Shown here: positions 46,501 through 57,661 of the stretch, piece after piece
Layout of the letters: each line of letters opens with the position of its first letter
Numbering within the stretch: position 1 is the first letter of the stretch
Origin: Vitrella brassicaformis CCMP3155
Lineage: Eukaryota; Protista; Chromerida
Direction of reading: 5' to 3'
NCBI GenBank assembly: GCA_001179505.1
Contig: CDMY01000500.1
Span: 667 to 64,666, forward strand
Length of the DNA stretch: 64,000 bases
Program-made: the position numbers and the translations under genes
Notes under the pieces: generated by a model
What the model saw: only the letters and a program-made list of their open reading frames with translations
Told to the model about the DNA's origin: nothing
The model's database searches: none

Positions 46501-49500
46501 CCAGGAGATCAAGCTCAAGAAACTCAAGGACCGAATACTAGGAAGTGAGCACCTCCAATCCACTCACGACACTCTCTCTGCTATGCCTCTGTGTGTGTGT
46601 GTGTGTGTAGACATCAAGTTCATCGGGGAGCTGTTCCTGCGTCGGTTGCTGTCGGCCAAGGTCGTCAAGGAGGTCGTCACCTCACTCATCGGCGCGGACG
46701 CCTCCTACTCGCCAGAGGAGCTCTTCATCGAATGCCTTTGCAAGCTCATCACGACCATCGGTCGGTACTCTTAACTAACACACAGAGGGAGAGAGAGGGA
46801 GGGAGGGAGGGAGGGAGAGGACAGGCAGACAGACAGGCAGACAGCCGAGGTGCGGTCGCTATGGCTTCAGGATCGACGCTCGAGTCCACTGACGCCGGCA
46901 AGCAGCTGCTGACGCACTTCAGCAGCCGAATGAAGGAGCTCAAGGCCCAGGACAAGTACTCCAAGCGGATCAAATTCGCACTACAGGTACGCACCTGGGC
47001 ACGAGGGCATGTCCATTTGTCGGTCTCTCCCTCCCTCACGCCATCGTGTGTGTGTCTGCGCAGGACGTATTGGATTTGCGTCAGAACGACTGGCGGCAGA
47101 AGGTGCACAAGGAGAAGGCAAAGTCGCTCAGGGACATCAGAAAGGACGTGAGCACACTCCCCTTCCCCCCCACACACATCGCACACAGAGGCAGCAAAGC
47201 TCATACGCCGTTTGTTTGTCAGGTCGAGAGGGAGGAGGCCATGGGCGGTGCCATCCACGCGGCGCAGCAAGGCACCTTCCAGTTCGTCGGCAGAAAGACC
47301 GACGTACGCACGCACACCATTACACACACACCAACCAAACACACTTTGACGCATCCACCATGTCTTTTGGTTGGTCGGTTCATCCATCCTTCAGACGATC
47401 TACGCGTCCTATATGGACAAGCAGCGCGAGGCGTTCGACTCCAAGGAGAAGGCCAAGAAGGAGAAGTCCCAGACCAGCACGCCCACACAACAACCGGCCG
47501 CACCGTAAGCAAGCTGAGCTAAACGACACACACCTAGAAAACGTCCCTCTGATGACCGTCCTTGCCCTGCTGTGCTGTCCTCTCTGTGTGTGTGCGTGTG
47601 TGTGTGTGTGTGATGATGATGATGATGCACACAGCATTCGTGTGGTGCACATGACCAGTGCCGGCACCCACGCCGGCCCGCTGGCGCCCATTCGCGAGAG
47701 GGAGAGCAGGGCCGAGAGACACGCCGCACAACCAGCACCACTCGACGGTACGCCACACACACACACAGAAGACCATCCCCTCACACGCACGACATCCATC
47801 CATCCATCCACGTGCAGTGCGTCGCGACGCGGACCGTTCAGCGCCCCCCACTCCCGCGACGCCCACTTCTCTGGGCTTCGCGGCGCCGACCAGCCCGCCC
47901 GAGGGTTCCCCCGGTGTGCCGCCCAAGCAGGAGAGCGAGGGCGACGAGTTCGTGCTGCGGGACGACGTCAAGCGGGTCGTGTCGGACTATGACACTCACT
48001 ACTGGGAGTGAGTGGGCAGCATAGCAACCGGCTGGCGATTGTGACTGTTGAGTGCACTGGTTGCGTTGTGTGTCGTTGGCTGTTGGTTTAGGCGCACGGT
48101 GCATGAGTGGAAGGCTCTCGGACTTGACGAGGAGACTCACCGGACCCAGCTCATGGCGGTCAGAGAGACTGACACAACTCCACTCGGATCACTGCTCTGT
48201 GTGTGTGCCTTGCACAACTGTCTGTCTGTCTGTCCCTCTCTCTGTGTGTGACTTGTCTTGTATCGTGTGCAGATCTTTTCGCAGGGCCTGGAGGACGTCA
48301 AGAAGTGCCAGCAGAACGCCGACTTGCTGGTCCTGCTCGCATCCGAGGGCGTGGCCTCCTTCGCCGACATCGTCAACATGTCCGCCCGCACCGCATCACT
48401 CACGCACACAGACGACAGACGGCCGGACGGACACATCCTTCTGTGTGTGTGTCTCCCTCGGTGGTGCAGGTGGAACCACTTTGTGGAGCTGGGCGAGGAC
48501 GTGGGCGAGGACGGCGAGCGGCGAAGCTCGCTCGACGACTACTGCCTCGACAACCCCAAGGCCACACACATGTACGCTGAGATCCTCTACCAGACCCTCA
48601 AGGAGGCCTTCCGTAAGCCAAGCCACAAACACACAGCACAGACAGGGTCCTCACCCACACAACACAACACAACACACGTGTGCTGTGTGTGTTGTGTCCA
48701 TAACGGGTGTGTGTCAGGCAATACGCCGGGTGTTGACGAGGCCTTCTTCGCCAGCCTCAACTCGCCCAACTCGCCAGAGAATGAGCATCGCGTCAACGAG
48801 GTACGATACGGTGCATCGTTAGGCAGTCTGGCTGCACCCGGCCGCCCATCCTTCGGTGTCTGTGGCGGGGCGGGCTGTGTGCAGATCCTCCGACAGGTGT
48901 GTGGCACTTGCTTCAAGAGGCCCGTCCGCTGGCTCCTCGCCATCAGGAAGCTCCGGGCGTTCCTCAACAAAAACGACACCAGGGACCTCAGCGACATTCA
49001 ACAGGTCTGCTCATCATTCACCAACACGCACACGCCCACACACACACGCGCATATTCTCTCCCTCCCTGTCCCATTCAGGATCTTCTCGGCCCCTACGCG
49101 CCGTTCGTGTCGGCTCTGCGGAGTCAGCTGGAGCAGGGGCCCATCGGCAGGCCGCAGCTCGAGGATCTGCTGACCCGGGCGCACGACCTGGTCGGCGAGT
49201 TCGACGACTACGGCACCCTCGTGTTGGCGGAGCTCCATGCAGCGGCAGAGACCAAGCAGGAGCCGTGGAAAAGCGCCCTCGAGCAATGTCAGTCAGAAGA
49301 CAGAGACAGAGAGAGAGAGAGAGAGAGAGAGGCCAGAGAGGCCGGCCAGCGATTGCCAGTGGTTGCATGTGTGTGTGTGTGTGTATCGTCTGTCAGCTCG
49401 CGATGCGTTGGACTCTCTGTTGGGTCCGTCTGCCATCGGCGCGGTGCCGAGCCTCAGCCGCACGGCCAAGGAGAAACTCATCGAGGACTTTGGCAGGGAC

Positions 49501-49715
49501 TACGTCATATCCCGACATGGTACGGTCAGACAGACAGTCAGGCCGCACACGCAAAGCAAAGCCGGTGTGTATGCTCATGTGCTTCTGGCGTGTGTGTGCG
49601 TGCGTGCGTGTGTGTGTGTGCAGACGAAAGTGTGCTGGCGTCGATGTTGCAGGAGTGGGGCTTCATGGGCGAGGGCGACGCGGCTGCCGAGGACTCGACA
49701 GCAGGAGATGCTTAA
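40048..49715 (+). CDS. EIF4G: Eukaryotic translation initiation factor 4G (long Pro/Gln-rich N-terminus, MIF4G, MA3-like and W2-like domains); 5' exons uncertain
   Basis: PABP-binding-like REKRILEIRDPKSG; eIF4E-binding YSRDRLL (44991-45011); MIF4G: KSKLNKLTIEKFE, AVSEPNFSEMYADLC, FYRALLNKCQEEFE, IKFIGELFLRRLL, IECLCKLITTIG, SKRIKFALQDVLDLRQNDW. Confidence 0.92.
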
Positions 49716-49719
49716 ACCA

Positions 49720-51250
49720 AACCAACAGTAATGGAGCACTCACACACAAGGGGGCGCTCCGATTTTTCGTGACGACGAGCAGACAGACAGACAGACAGAG
49801 TGCTGTGTGCGGGCGAATGAGTGAGGGAGGGCTGTGAGAGAGAGAGGGCTGTGTTGTTTGTTTATCGCACGCTGCTGCTCAGTCCATCCGTCGGTCAGGT
49901 GGTTCGGTCAGTGTGTGCTTGGTTTAATGTTTGTGGGCTTCTGTGTGTTTGTCTGTCTGTCTGTCTGTCTCTCTCTAGCTACCTAGGGTGGCACCACACA
50001 CACATCCAAGACCAGACCTCACTCAGCACACATGGGGAGGGAGGGTGATTCCAGAATGAGTCTTGGTGCGTGTGCGACTCTTTCTCTTTGCCGCTCTGCC
50101 CCGGCCGCTGTTTGTTTGTCTGTCTGTCTGTCTGTCTCTCTGTCTCTCTGTCTCTCTGTCTGTCTGTCTGTCTGTCTGTCGCGCTGAGCGATGCGACGCG
50201 ATGCGAGGCGTGTGTGTGCGGCCCTTTTTTTCCTCAAGTGGCAGGGCAGGCAGACACAGGCAGTCAGTCCATGTGAGCGGGTTCTATCTATCCACCGGAC
50301 GGTGACGTGACTTTTGGCTTCGCTTCGCTTCTCTTCTCTCTGTGCGTGGGGCTTTCAACAGGGCGGGCGGCATCCATCCATCCATCCATAACCAACCAGC
50401 ACACCCGCGCACATCCATTATATGCAAGAAACACACGGGAAGGCAGGCAGGCAGGCAGGCGGCCCTTGGTCGTCTGTGGCTCTTGGGGGAGAGACGCAGA
50501 CCGACTGAAGGTGCTGTTGGCACAACCAAGGCAGCCCTTTCGCCTCGCTCAGCGGCGACCTACCTCCATGTGGGTGGTGCATACGCTGTAGGTGGGTCAA
50601 GGGGGGCGGGTGTTGTGTCTTGCAGCGGGGAGCGGGTCGGGTGGATGGGATGGGGTGAAATGGGTTGGAATGGGAGTGGGGTGTTTTGCAGTCTTTTTCT
50701 TTCCCTGAGAGTGAGGGACACCGGATGGATGGATGGATGGTCGGTTGCCCGCCTGCTGAGTGTTTCCGTCAGCCTGCCTGCCGCCCTCCCTCCCTCCCCG
50801 CCTGTCGGTCTGTCTGTCTGTGCATGCAGCCCGCCTGCCTACCTGCTGACTGAGGTGAGTGAGAGCGTGGCCGGCTGGCTCATTCAGCGAGGTTGCAGAC
50901 ATGTGAGTGTGTGTGTGTGTGTTGAAGAGGAGTGTCTGAATGCTGCCCGCCCGATTCATCGACTGACTGACTGAATGAATGTCTGGCTGTCTGCCTGCTT
51001 GTGGGGATGGCTTGCTTGAGAGTCTCGTCTGCATGACCTGAGTGTGTGTCCGTGTGTCCGTGTGTGCGTTGAGATGCCTGCCTGCCTCCGATGGATGGAT
51101 GGATGAGAACTGACTGACCTGCAATTTAAGTCGAGCTATTATCACACGCACACACACACACACACACACACGCAGGCACGACACTACTCAACCTCCCCAC
51201 CTCACTCACAAGCAGTCAGCTGCTTATCAACAGTCCTTTCTGCCACATCA
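49720..51250. repeat. Simple-sequence-repeat-rich spacer between convergent EIF4G and methyltransferase genes
   Basis: (CTGT)n, (GGCA)n, (GGAT)n, (CA)n arrays. Confidence 0.75.
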
Positions 51251-51255
51251 GTCAG

Positions 51256-51979
51256 TCAGTCAACTCGGCCTCTCCTTTTCTTCCGCAGCTGATAGATATG
51301 CACAAAGCCGCTCCCCCCTCTCCTGACATACACCCGCTTGACGCCGAACCTCTCGCCAGCCACGCTCAGAAACGCCGCGTACGTCACATCACAGCGTATC
51401 TCAAACGCCACGAGGATCTCTGTCGCTGCGTCTGACAGCGCGTCGAGGCTGTCAATCAGCGGCCGCACCAAGTCGAGGCGGAAGACCACATCGGCCCCAA
51501 GGATGAGGTCAAACGGCGCCACTGAGGACAGCTCTGGCCGCGGTGGCAAATCTCTCCAGTCGAAGGCAAATATGCTCACTTGTGTGTCAGGGTGCAGAGT
51601 GTCCCGGTTCAGTGAGACGTTCTGGGTGAGCAAGGGAACAATACCTGACCACGTCGCGTCGCAAGCAGAGAAAATGATCCATCATGCGCAGAGGACACGG
51701 ATCTCTGTATCAGGCACCTGGCAGATCAGTCAGGACGAGTGCCGCCGGTGGCTGGCCCACCGTCGCAGACGCAATCCCAGCGAGGCCGCACCCCGCGCCC
51801 AGCTCCAGCACTCTCCCGCGCTTCCTTAGAGCCCGCAACGTCGTCCTCTGCTGCTCCAGATACCTGGCCAGATCTCGTGCCGAATCCCACACATGGACGC
51901 CCGTCCCGAGATTTTCGGCTTCATCAGGCCTTGGACACAGCGTCAGACGGTGCCCAGCCACCTCAAATCCCTCCTCCAT
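51256..51979 (-). CDS. Protein-lysine N-methyltransferase, METTL21/EEF1AKMT (Methyltransf_16) family
   Basis: GTGVHVWDSARDLARYL, VLELGAGCGLAGI, VLTDLP, FAFDW, FDLILGADVVF; one intron ~51646-51715. Confidence 0.9.
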
Positions 51980-52378
51980 TGTAGATGCGCGCTTCGGAGA
52001 GGCGAGCTTTTCCGCAAGCTCAAGAGGGAGAGGACGGTGATTTGTATGAGGGCGGAGGCGTGCCCGCCGTCAGAAGGAGGAGTTGAAGGTATAGCTTTGC
52101 TAGAGGGGGGGCTGAGAGGACGGCCGAAGGACTCGACCAGCTTCGCCGGCGCTCTGGGCAAGGCCGTCGGAGCTATGACCAATCGGTGAGGCACTGGCGA
52201 AGCCGGGGAAGCCGGCGACACGACGGAGTGGCTCCTTATGGCGGTCTGTCAGGGTATACGGTCACATGTGGCTGTGCTGTTTGCTCTGTGTGCCTGCAGG
52301 AAGCAGAGAACAAAGGATTCTGCTGACAAGAAGGAACAGCGACAGTCGGTGAGTGAGTGGCCATGTCAATCATTCTAG

Positions 52379-53581
52379 AAAAGTCGTCGGATACCTCCGA
52401 CACCCTTCGCCCGGCATGTCTGTCTCGTCTGCCAGGACACGGGAGACCCACCCACTCTGCCTTTGAAGGGCGTTGGTGGTTCGCAGAAGGCCTCCGGCGT
52501 CAGTAGCAGCTGCGGGATGTCCCCCCCGACGGCCAGCGAGGCGTGTGTGGACAACCAGGACAGTCTCAGCACCGAGTGCGACTCTGACGGGGCGTGCTCG
52601 AGCCACAGCCAGACCACCACCAACACACACGGCCGCTCCGGGAACGGGCTGGACGACCGCTCCCTGACGGCATCACCCATTCGCGACCCCCTCCAGGCAC
52701 CCACTACGGACAGCTGCAAGCCGGCCGGCGCGGGCGGCGGAGGCGGCGAGATTTTGGACCAGGATGCGGACGGACCGAGCTCGTCTTCGTGCTCATCCAC
52801 GGCCGCGTCGCGTCGCTCGCGTCACTCGCTGTCGCAGCACTTTTTGCTGAACTGCAAGGGGGTGGGGCTGGGCATGGGCGAGTTGGGGGACATCCAGGCC
52901 GACGGGCGGGACGAGGACGGCGGTACCAGCTCGGGCGACGACGGACACGGTGGTGCCGTGGGTGGGGCCTCCTTCCCTCTCACACCGTCGGGTGGCAATG
53001 GGTCCGTCAAGACGGCACAGCAGGGCGTGCAGGCCACCGCCCCTTTGGCGGGTGCGGCCGGTCGCAAAGGCAAGGAGGGCGGGGGAGGGGGCAAGGGCGG
53101 GAGCGGCAAGGGAGACGAGGGCGATGACAAGGGCGGCGGCACCAGCACTAGCGCATCTGCGTCCGCGTCGGCATCAGCGGCGGCCACCAAGGGCGGCGGT
53201 GCCAGTGTGGCCAACATGCAGATCAAGACCAACCACGCCGCCAACGCCAACCCTTCGCTCGGTGCCAGTGCCAGCGCATCGGCCTCTGCGGCGGCTGCAG
53301 CTGCCGCCGCCATGCCACCGCCCCGCGCCACCCGCCTCACCGAGCCAGATTACCGCCGCATCACCTACTACTCCAACCGTGTCAAGACTGCACTCGGCCG
53401 CGTGCTGGCCCACCAGGCCACGCTCCGGGCTGGCGCCCAGACGGGAGGAGGAGGAGGAGGAGGCGGCGGGGAGGAGGGCGGCGGCGGGGCCAGTGCGGCT
53501 GCCGCTGCCCCTGCTGGTGGTGGTGGTGGCGATTGTGGAGGAAAGGGCAAGGGGGGCAAGGCCAAGAAGGGGGACAAGTGA
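52379..53581 (+). CDS. Low-complexity Gly/Ala/Ser-rich hypothetical protein (last exon; upstream exons ~52040-52348 uncertain)
   Basis: 400-codon open exon after a tag acceptor, with one ordered motif PPPRATRLTEPDYRRITYYSNRVKTALGRVLAHQ. Confidence 0.45.
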   Translation, partial: KSRRIPPTPFARHVCLVCQDTGDPPTLPLKGVGGSQKASGVSSSCGMSPPTASEACVDNQDSLSTECDSDGACSSHSQTTTNTHGRSGNGLDDRSLTASPIRDPLQAPTTDSCKPAGAGGGGGEILDQDADGPSSSSCSSTAASRRSRHSLSQHFLLNCKGVGLGMGELGDIQADGRDEDGGTSSGDDGHGGAVGGASFPLTPSGGNGSVKTAQQGVQATAPLAGAAGRKGKEGGGGGKGGSGKGDEGDDKGGGTSTSASASASASAAATKGGGASVANMQIKTNHAANANPSLGASASASASAAAAAAAAMPPPRATRLTEPDYRRITYYSNRVKTALGRVLAHQATLRAGAQTGGGGGGGGGEEGGGGASAAAAAPAGGGGGDCGGKGKGGKAKKGDK

Positions 53582-53599
53582 AGGTAGGTGAGCAAAGTC

Positions 53600-56450
53600 A
53601 TCTCTTGCCACCCGCGAGTTACACACACTGGACAGACAGACCGATACGATACGTGTGTTGTGTTGTGTTCAATGTCAGGTTGTTTCCTCGCGCGTCCGCC
53701 TGATTTGCCGGTTCCGTTCGTGTGGTTAACGCCACTGATGGATGGATCTCCCCCACTCTCTCCCCCCCTCTCTCCCTCTGCATCTCTCTCTGCCTGCCTG
53801 CCTGCCTGCCTGTCGTGTGTGTGTGCGGTGATACACCGCACCCACCGCGACCACCATCGTAGCCTGTAGTAACGACCGGACTGTCGACCGAACGGCTGGC
53901 GTGCGTGTTGTTGTGTTGTTTGCGTGGATGTGTACGTGCCTGCCTGCCTGCCTGCCTGCCTCCCCCCTCTTGCCCATCCAATCCATCGTGTGTGTGCGTA
54001 ATCCTCTCCTCTCTCGCCGCCTGGTGCCTGCCTGCCTGCCTGCCTGTCTCCTAGCTGATACGGACGGATGGCGGGTGTGTTGGCGGGCAGAGAGGGGGGC
54101 GGGGCGGCATGCGTGAGTACTTGAGGGTCGGAGAGGGGAGGGGGAAAAGGTGGGTTGGCGGGGCTGCTGTGATATGGCGTGGAGTGGCTCTCGTACTCTC
54201 GTTGTGTATGTGGGTATGTATGCGGCTATGTGGGGGGGTGAGTGAGTGGTGTCTGGCTGCAACTTTCTGCCTGTGTGTCGTCCCTCCCTCCCTACGGCAA
54301 CACTGCCTACCTTCCACTTCTCTGCCTGTCTGTCTGTCCGTCTGCGTGTCGTGTCCATGCGCCACTTTCGCCCTTTTTGTGGCGAGGACACCCATCTGGA
54401 CGCGCCCACGGGACGGACGGACGAACGGACACACACGGTGGTTCCTCTAGTTTCACAAACAGCACAGCAGAGAGAGGGGGCGGCACACACGGTGAGGTAT
54501 TTCTTTGAAGCATGGCTGTGCCTGGCTGGCTGGCTGGCTGCTGTGTTACGGAAATGAGAGGGTCTGTCGGGTGTTTGGCCGGGTGTGGTGGCTGACGGAT
54601 GGATGGATGGATGGACGGAAGTGATTTGATTTTGTTGAGAGAGAGGCACACGAAGAACAGACAGACAGACGGGGAGGGAGGAGGGCGGAAGTGACACACA
54701 CCAACAAAGACACCCCACCCCCCACACCCACTCGCACACACACACCACCGACCAGGAGGTAGCTGCGTCCTCTGTCTCTGCAACACATACGGTCTCTCTC
54801 TTGGCGGCGTGTGTGGGTGTGTGGGTGTGTTCGTGTGGTGTGGTGGCTGCGGTGCCTAAGTGGGTGGCCTGGCTGGCTGAGTGGGCGGCGAAGAAAGGAA
54901 GAACGAAGGAAGGAACGGTTTCATCGCAGCCAGACCTCTCTCCCTCTCTCCTTTCCTCTCTCTCTCCCTCTCTCTCTCTCTCTCTCCCGCGGTTGCTGGT
55001 GCCTGACTGCATGGGGCGGGTGGGGTGGGTGCATGCCAACGTATGTGGGCGTGTGCGTGGATGCATCGGACGGACGGACGGACACGGACACAAACACTAC
55101 ACAGGGGTTCGTCGGGTGGTTAACACCTACCTGCCATTATTCTTCATCTTCTCGTGAGCCGACGGAGTCAATGCGTGGATAAAGAGAGCAACCACTTCTG
55201 GCAGACAGACAGACAGACAGACAGGAGGGAGATAGGTGGGTGACCTGAGCTGACGAGAAGAGGGAGCGAGCAACCACCACCACTCGCCCCGGCATCTACA
55301 GTTTTGCGGAGAGAGGCCGAGAAGGGGAGGGACCTGACTGACTGACTGACTGTCCGTGTGTGTGTGTGTGTGTCTGTACACTATAGGCGAGCGCTGCATG
55401 ACACCCATCTGCCCGTCTTGATCACGGAATGGAATGATGCAATATTGGTGTCCAGTGTGTCTGTCGCGGCTCCCCGCAACACGTGCCTTCCACGCCGGCG
55501 AGGGCATTGAGGCTCCAGGCCAACAAAAGGCCTGGAGAGACCTTGCCTTGTCTCGTTGGAAGGCATGTGGCAGGGGGATCGTGACGCGTCCACACTAGCC
55601 TAACCGTCCGTACTCACCGCGCACAATCTGTCTGTCTGGCACAGATTTTTTGTTCCAAGAGCAGAAACAGGTCACATGGTCCTCTCTCTCTGTCTCTGCC
55701 TCTCCCTCCCTCCCTCCCTCCCTCCCTCCATCTGTCTTTCTGCTTCCTTGCGCTTGTCTAGCGGCTTTGCGAGAGCGTTTGGGCGTGGGCGTGAGGGTGT
55801 GGCTGTGTGGTTGACTGGCTGGCTGCATGCCTGGCTGGCTAGTTGACCCCATGGATGGATGGACAATCGACGACAGACACTACATCACATCGGTTTCAAG
55901 CCATACGTACGATACGAGTGTACACGCCTACCTGCGGCAGGCAGGCTGGTGAGCAGTGGGTGGCCTAGAGCTTTCAACGGCCGGCCGTCCGCCTTCACGA
56001 CACGAGTGAGTGACTAACTTAAGTACTTGACTAACTGGCTGAGGGATACTGACTGACTAGGGAAAGTTAACTGACTGGGGAGGGAGGGAGGGTGAAGTCA
56101 TGCTTCCTCTGGCAGACAAGATGGACGGGTGGGTGCCTGGGAGGGTGTGGTGGTGGTGCGGTCGCTGACTAATGCATGAATGCATGGAGCGATGGGATGG
56201 CTGGACATGTCTCCTCCCCCGCTCCCTGCCTGCCTCCCTGCATCGCACGGATGCCATCCGTAGTCACGCACACGGACGGGCGGCGTCGTGTGTGTATGAC
56301 TGCAGCACTCATTATGTGCGGTGCGGGTGTGGATGTACCCCTTGATTGATGGCTGGCTGGCTGGACTGGGCTTCTTTCTCGTGTGTGGTGTGAGTGAGTG
56401 ACTGAGTGAGTTGATTCATGTGTGTGGACGACTCGGCCATACACTCCTTC
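53600..56450. repeat. Long intergenic tract of mixed simple-sequence repeats
   Basis: Dense (GT)n, (CTGC)n, (GGAT)n, (GACA)n, (GGGA)n, (CT)n arrays; no spliceable coding exons found. Confidence 0.8.
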
Positions 56451-56550
56451 GTTCGTAGTCAACTCAACCGGTGTTCTCATTCCCTTCTCGTAGACGGACT
56501 AGAAAAGTTCAGCCACCGACCCACCCGTCCCACACACGCTATTCACTCCG

Positions 56551-57228
56551 TCACCACCAGCGTCCCCCCTGTCGGCTTTCCCGTGCTGCCGCTGCTGGTG
56601 GGTCCGGCGGCACTGCTGACGTGCTTCTGCACCATCTGCAGCAGCTCAGCAATGTCCTCGGCAGAGAAACGCTCATACAAACTCTCAACCACCTGTGGAG
56701 AGAGAAGAAGCAACTCACGAGGCTTGATTGCCTGCCATGGCCGGTAGTTGCCTGGTTCCCCTCGAGATCTCCCCTCGCCCGCCCACCATTTGCAGCTCCA
56801 CTTCTCTGGTCGGCGCGTGATTGATGATCTGCAGCACGTCCGCCTCGGCCAGGTCGAACCGCCCGATCAGCTCCCCTGTGAGCGCCTCGGCATCGCTCAC
56901 ACGGAAGCGGCCGCACGGCAGCCTCTCGATGTGGTCAACAACCTGCAAACAGAGCGCGGCATCACTCAATTGACCTGTGCGTGTGTGTGCCCTCATTGAT
57001 CATTCATTCTGCCTCACTCACCCCCTGGTGCAGCGTCCTGGCCCTAAGTTCATCGTCGGAGATGTCAGCAAGGGTGGTGTGTGCGTCCGCGGCCTTGGCG
57101 AGGCTCTCGCGCAGCAGCTCTGCCACCTCGACGTTAGTCAGGTTGCCCGCGTTGCTGTCCACTCTGGGAGAGAGCAGAAAAAACCACAGACAAACACAGT
57201 GGATGTGTGGAACTTTGCGGATCTTCAT
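56551..57228 (-). CDS. CRCP: RNA polymerase III subunit C17/RPC9 (CGRP-RCP, Rpb4/HRDC-like family)
   Basis: Spliced MKILDSNAGNLTNVEVAELL...LAEADVLQIINHAPTREVELQM|VVESLYERFSAEDIAELLQMV matches the C17 pattern (NA..LTN.EV; LQIIN..P...VEL...VE...ERF). Confidence 0.85.
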
Positions 57229-57661
57229 TTCTGGTGTTACACTTTCATTCGACGCCTCCCTGTGAGCTCATTGCTTCGCCACTCCAGTTCCTCCTTTCTT
57301 GGTCGCTCTTAAGCTCGCAGGCGCGAAGTTCGGCACAAATCGTTGTTTCCCAAGGCTCCACGAATCACCTGTGAGTTCGCGAGGTAGTCCCACTTCATCC
57401 CCATCCAGATCGACCAAGCTCTTTGTGCCTTTCGACATCGTGTGGAGCGAGGCAGTGGAGGGAGCCCTTAGGGCATTCATCGACACGAAGCCTCGCATCG
57501 CCCGATGGCGGTAAGGACAGACTTTATCCGAAGGGTCCAGAACGGACATTTCGAGGTCACATCGATGCGTGTTTCGCGATTAGTCAAGGAGGGCACCAGA
57601 CGGCGTCCGGAGGGCCTGAGAGTGTCACCCCTTCGCTCGGTGAGCGAGTCATTGTCTTCCG

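Noticed and set aside
53726-55093. 455-aa minus-strand ORF and many similar HTHT/CVCV/QTDR-rich ORFs
   Set aside because: They are translations of microsatellites, which lack stop codons; no coding signal
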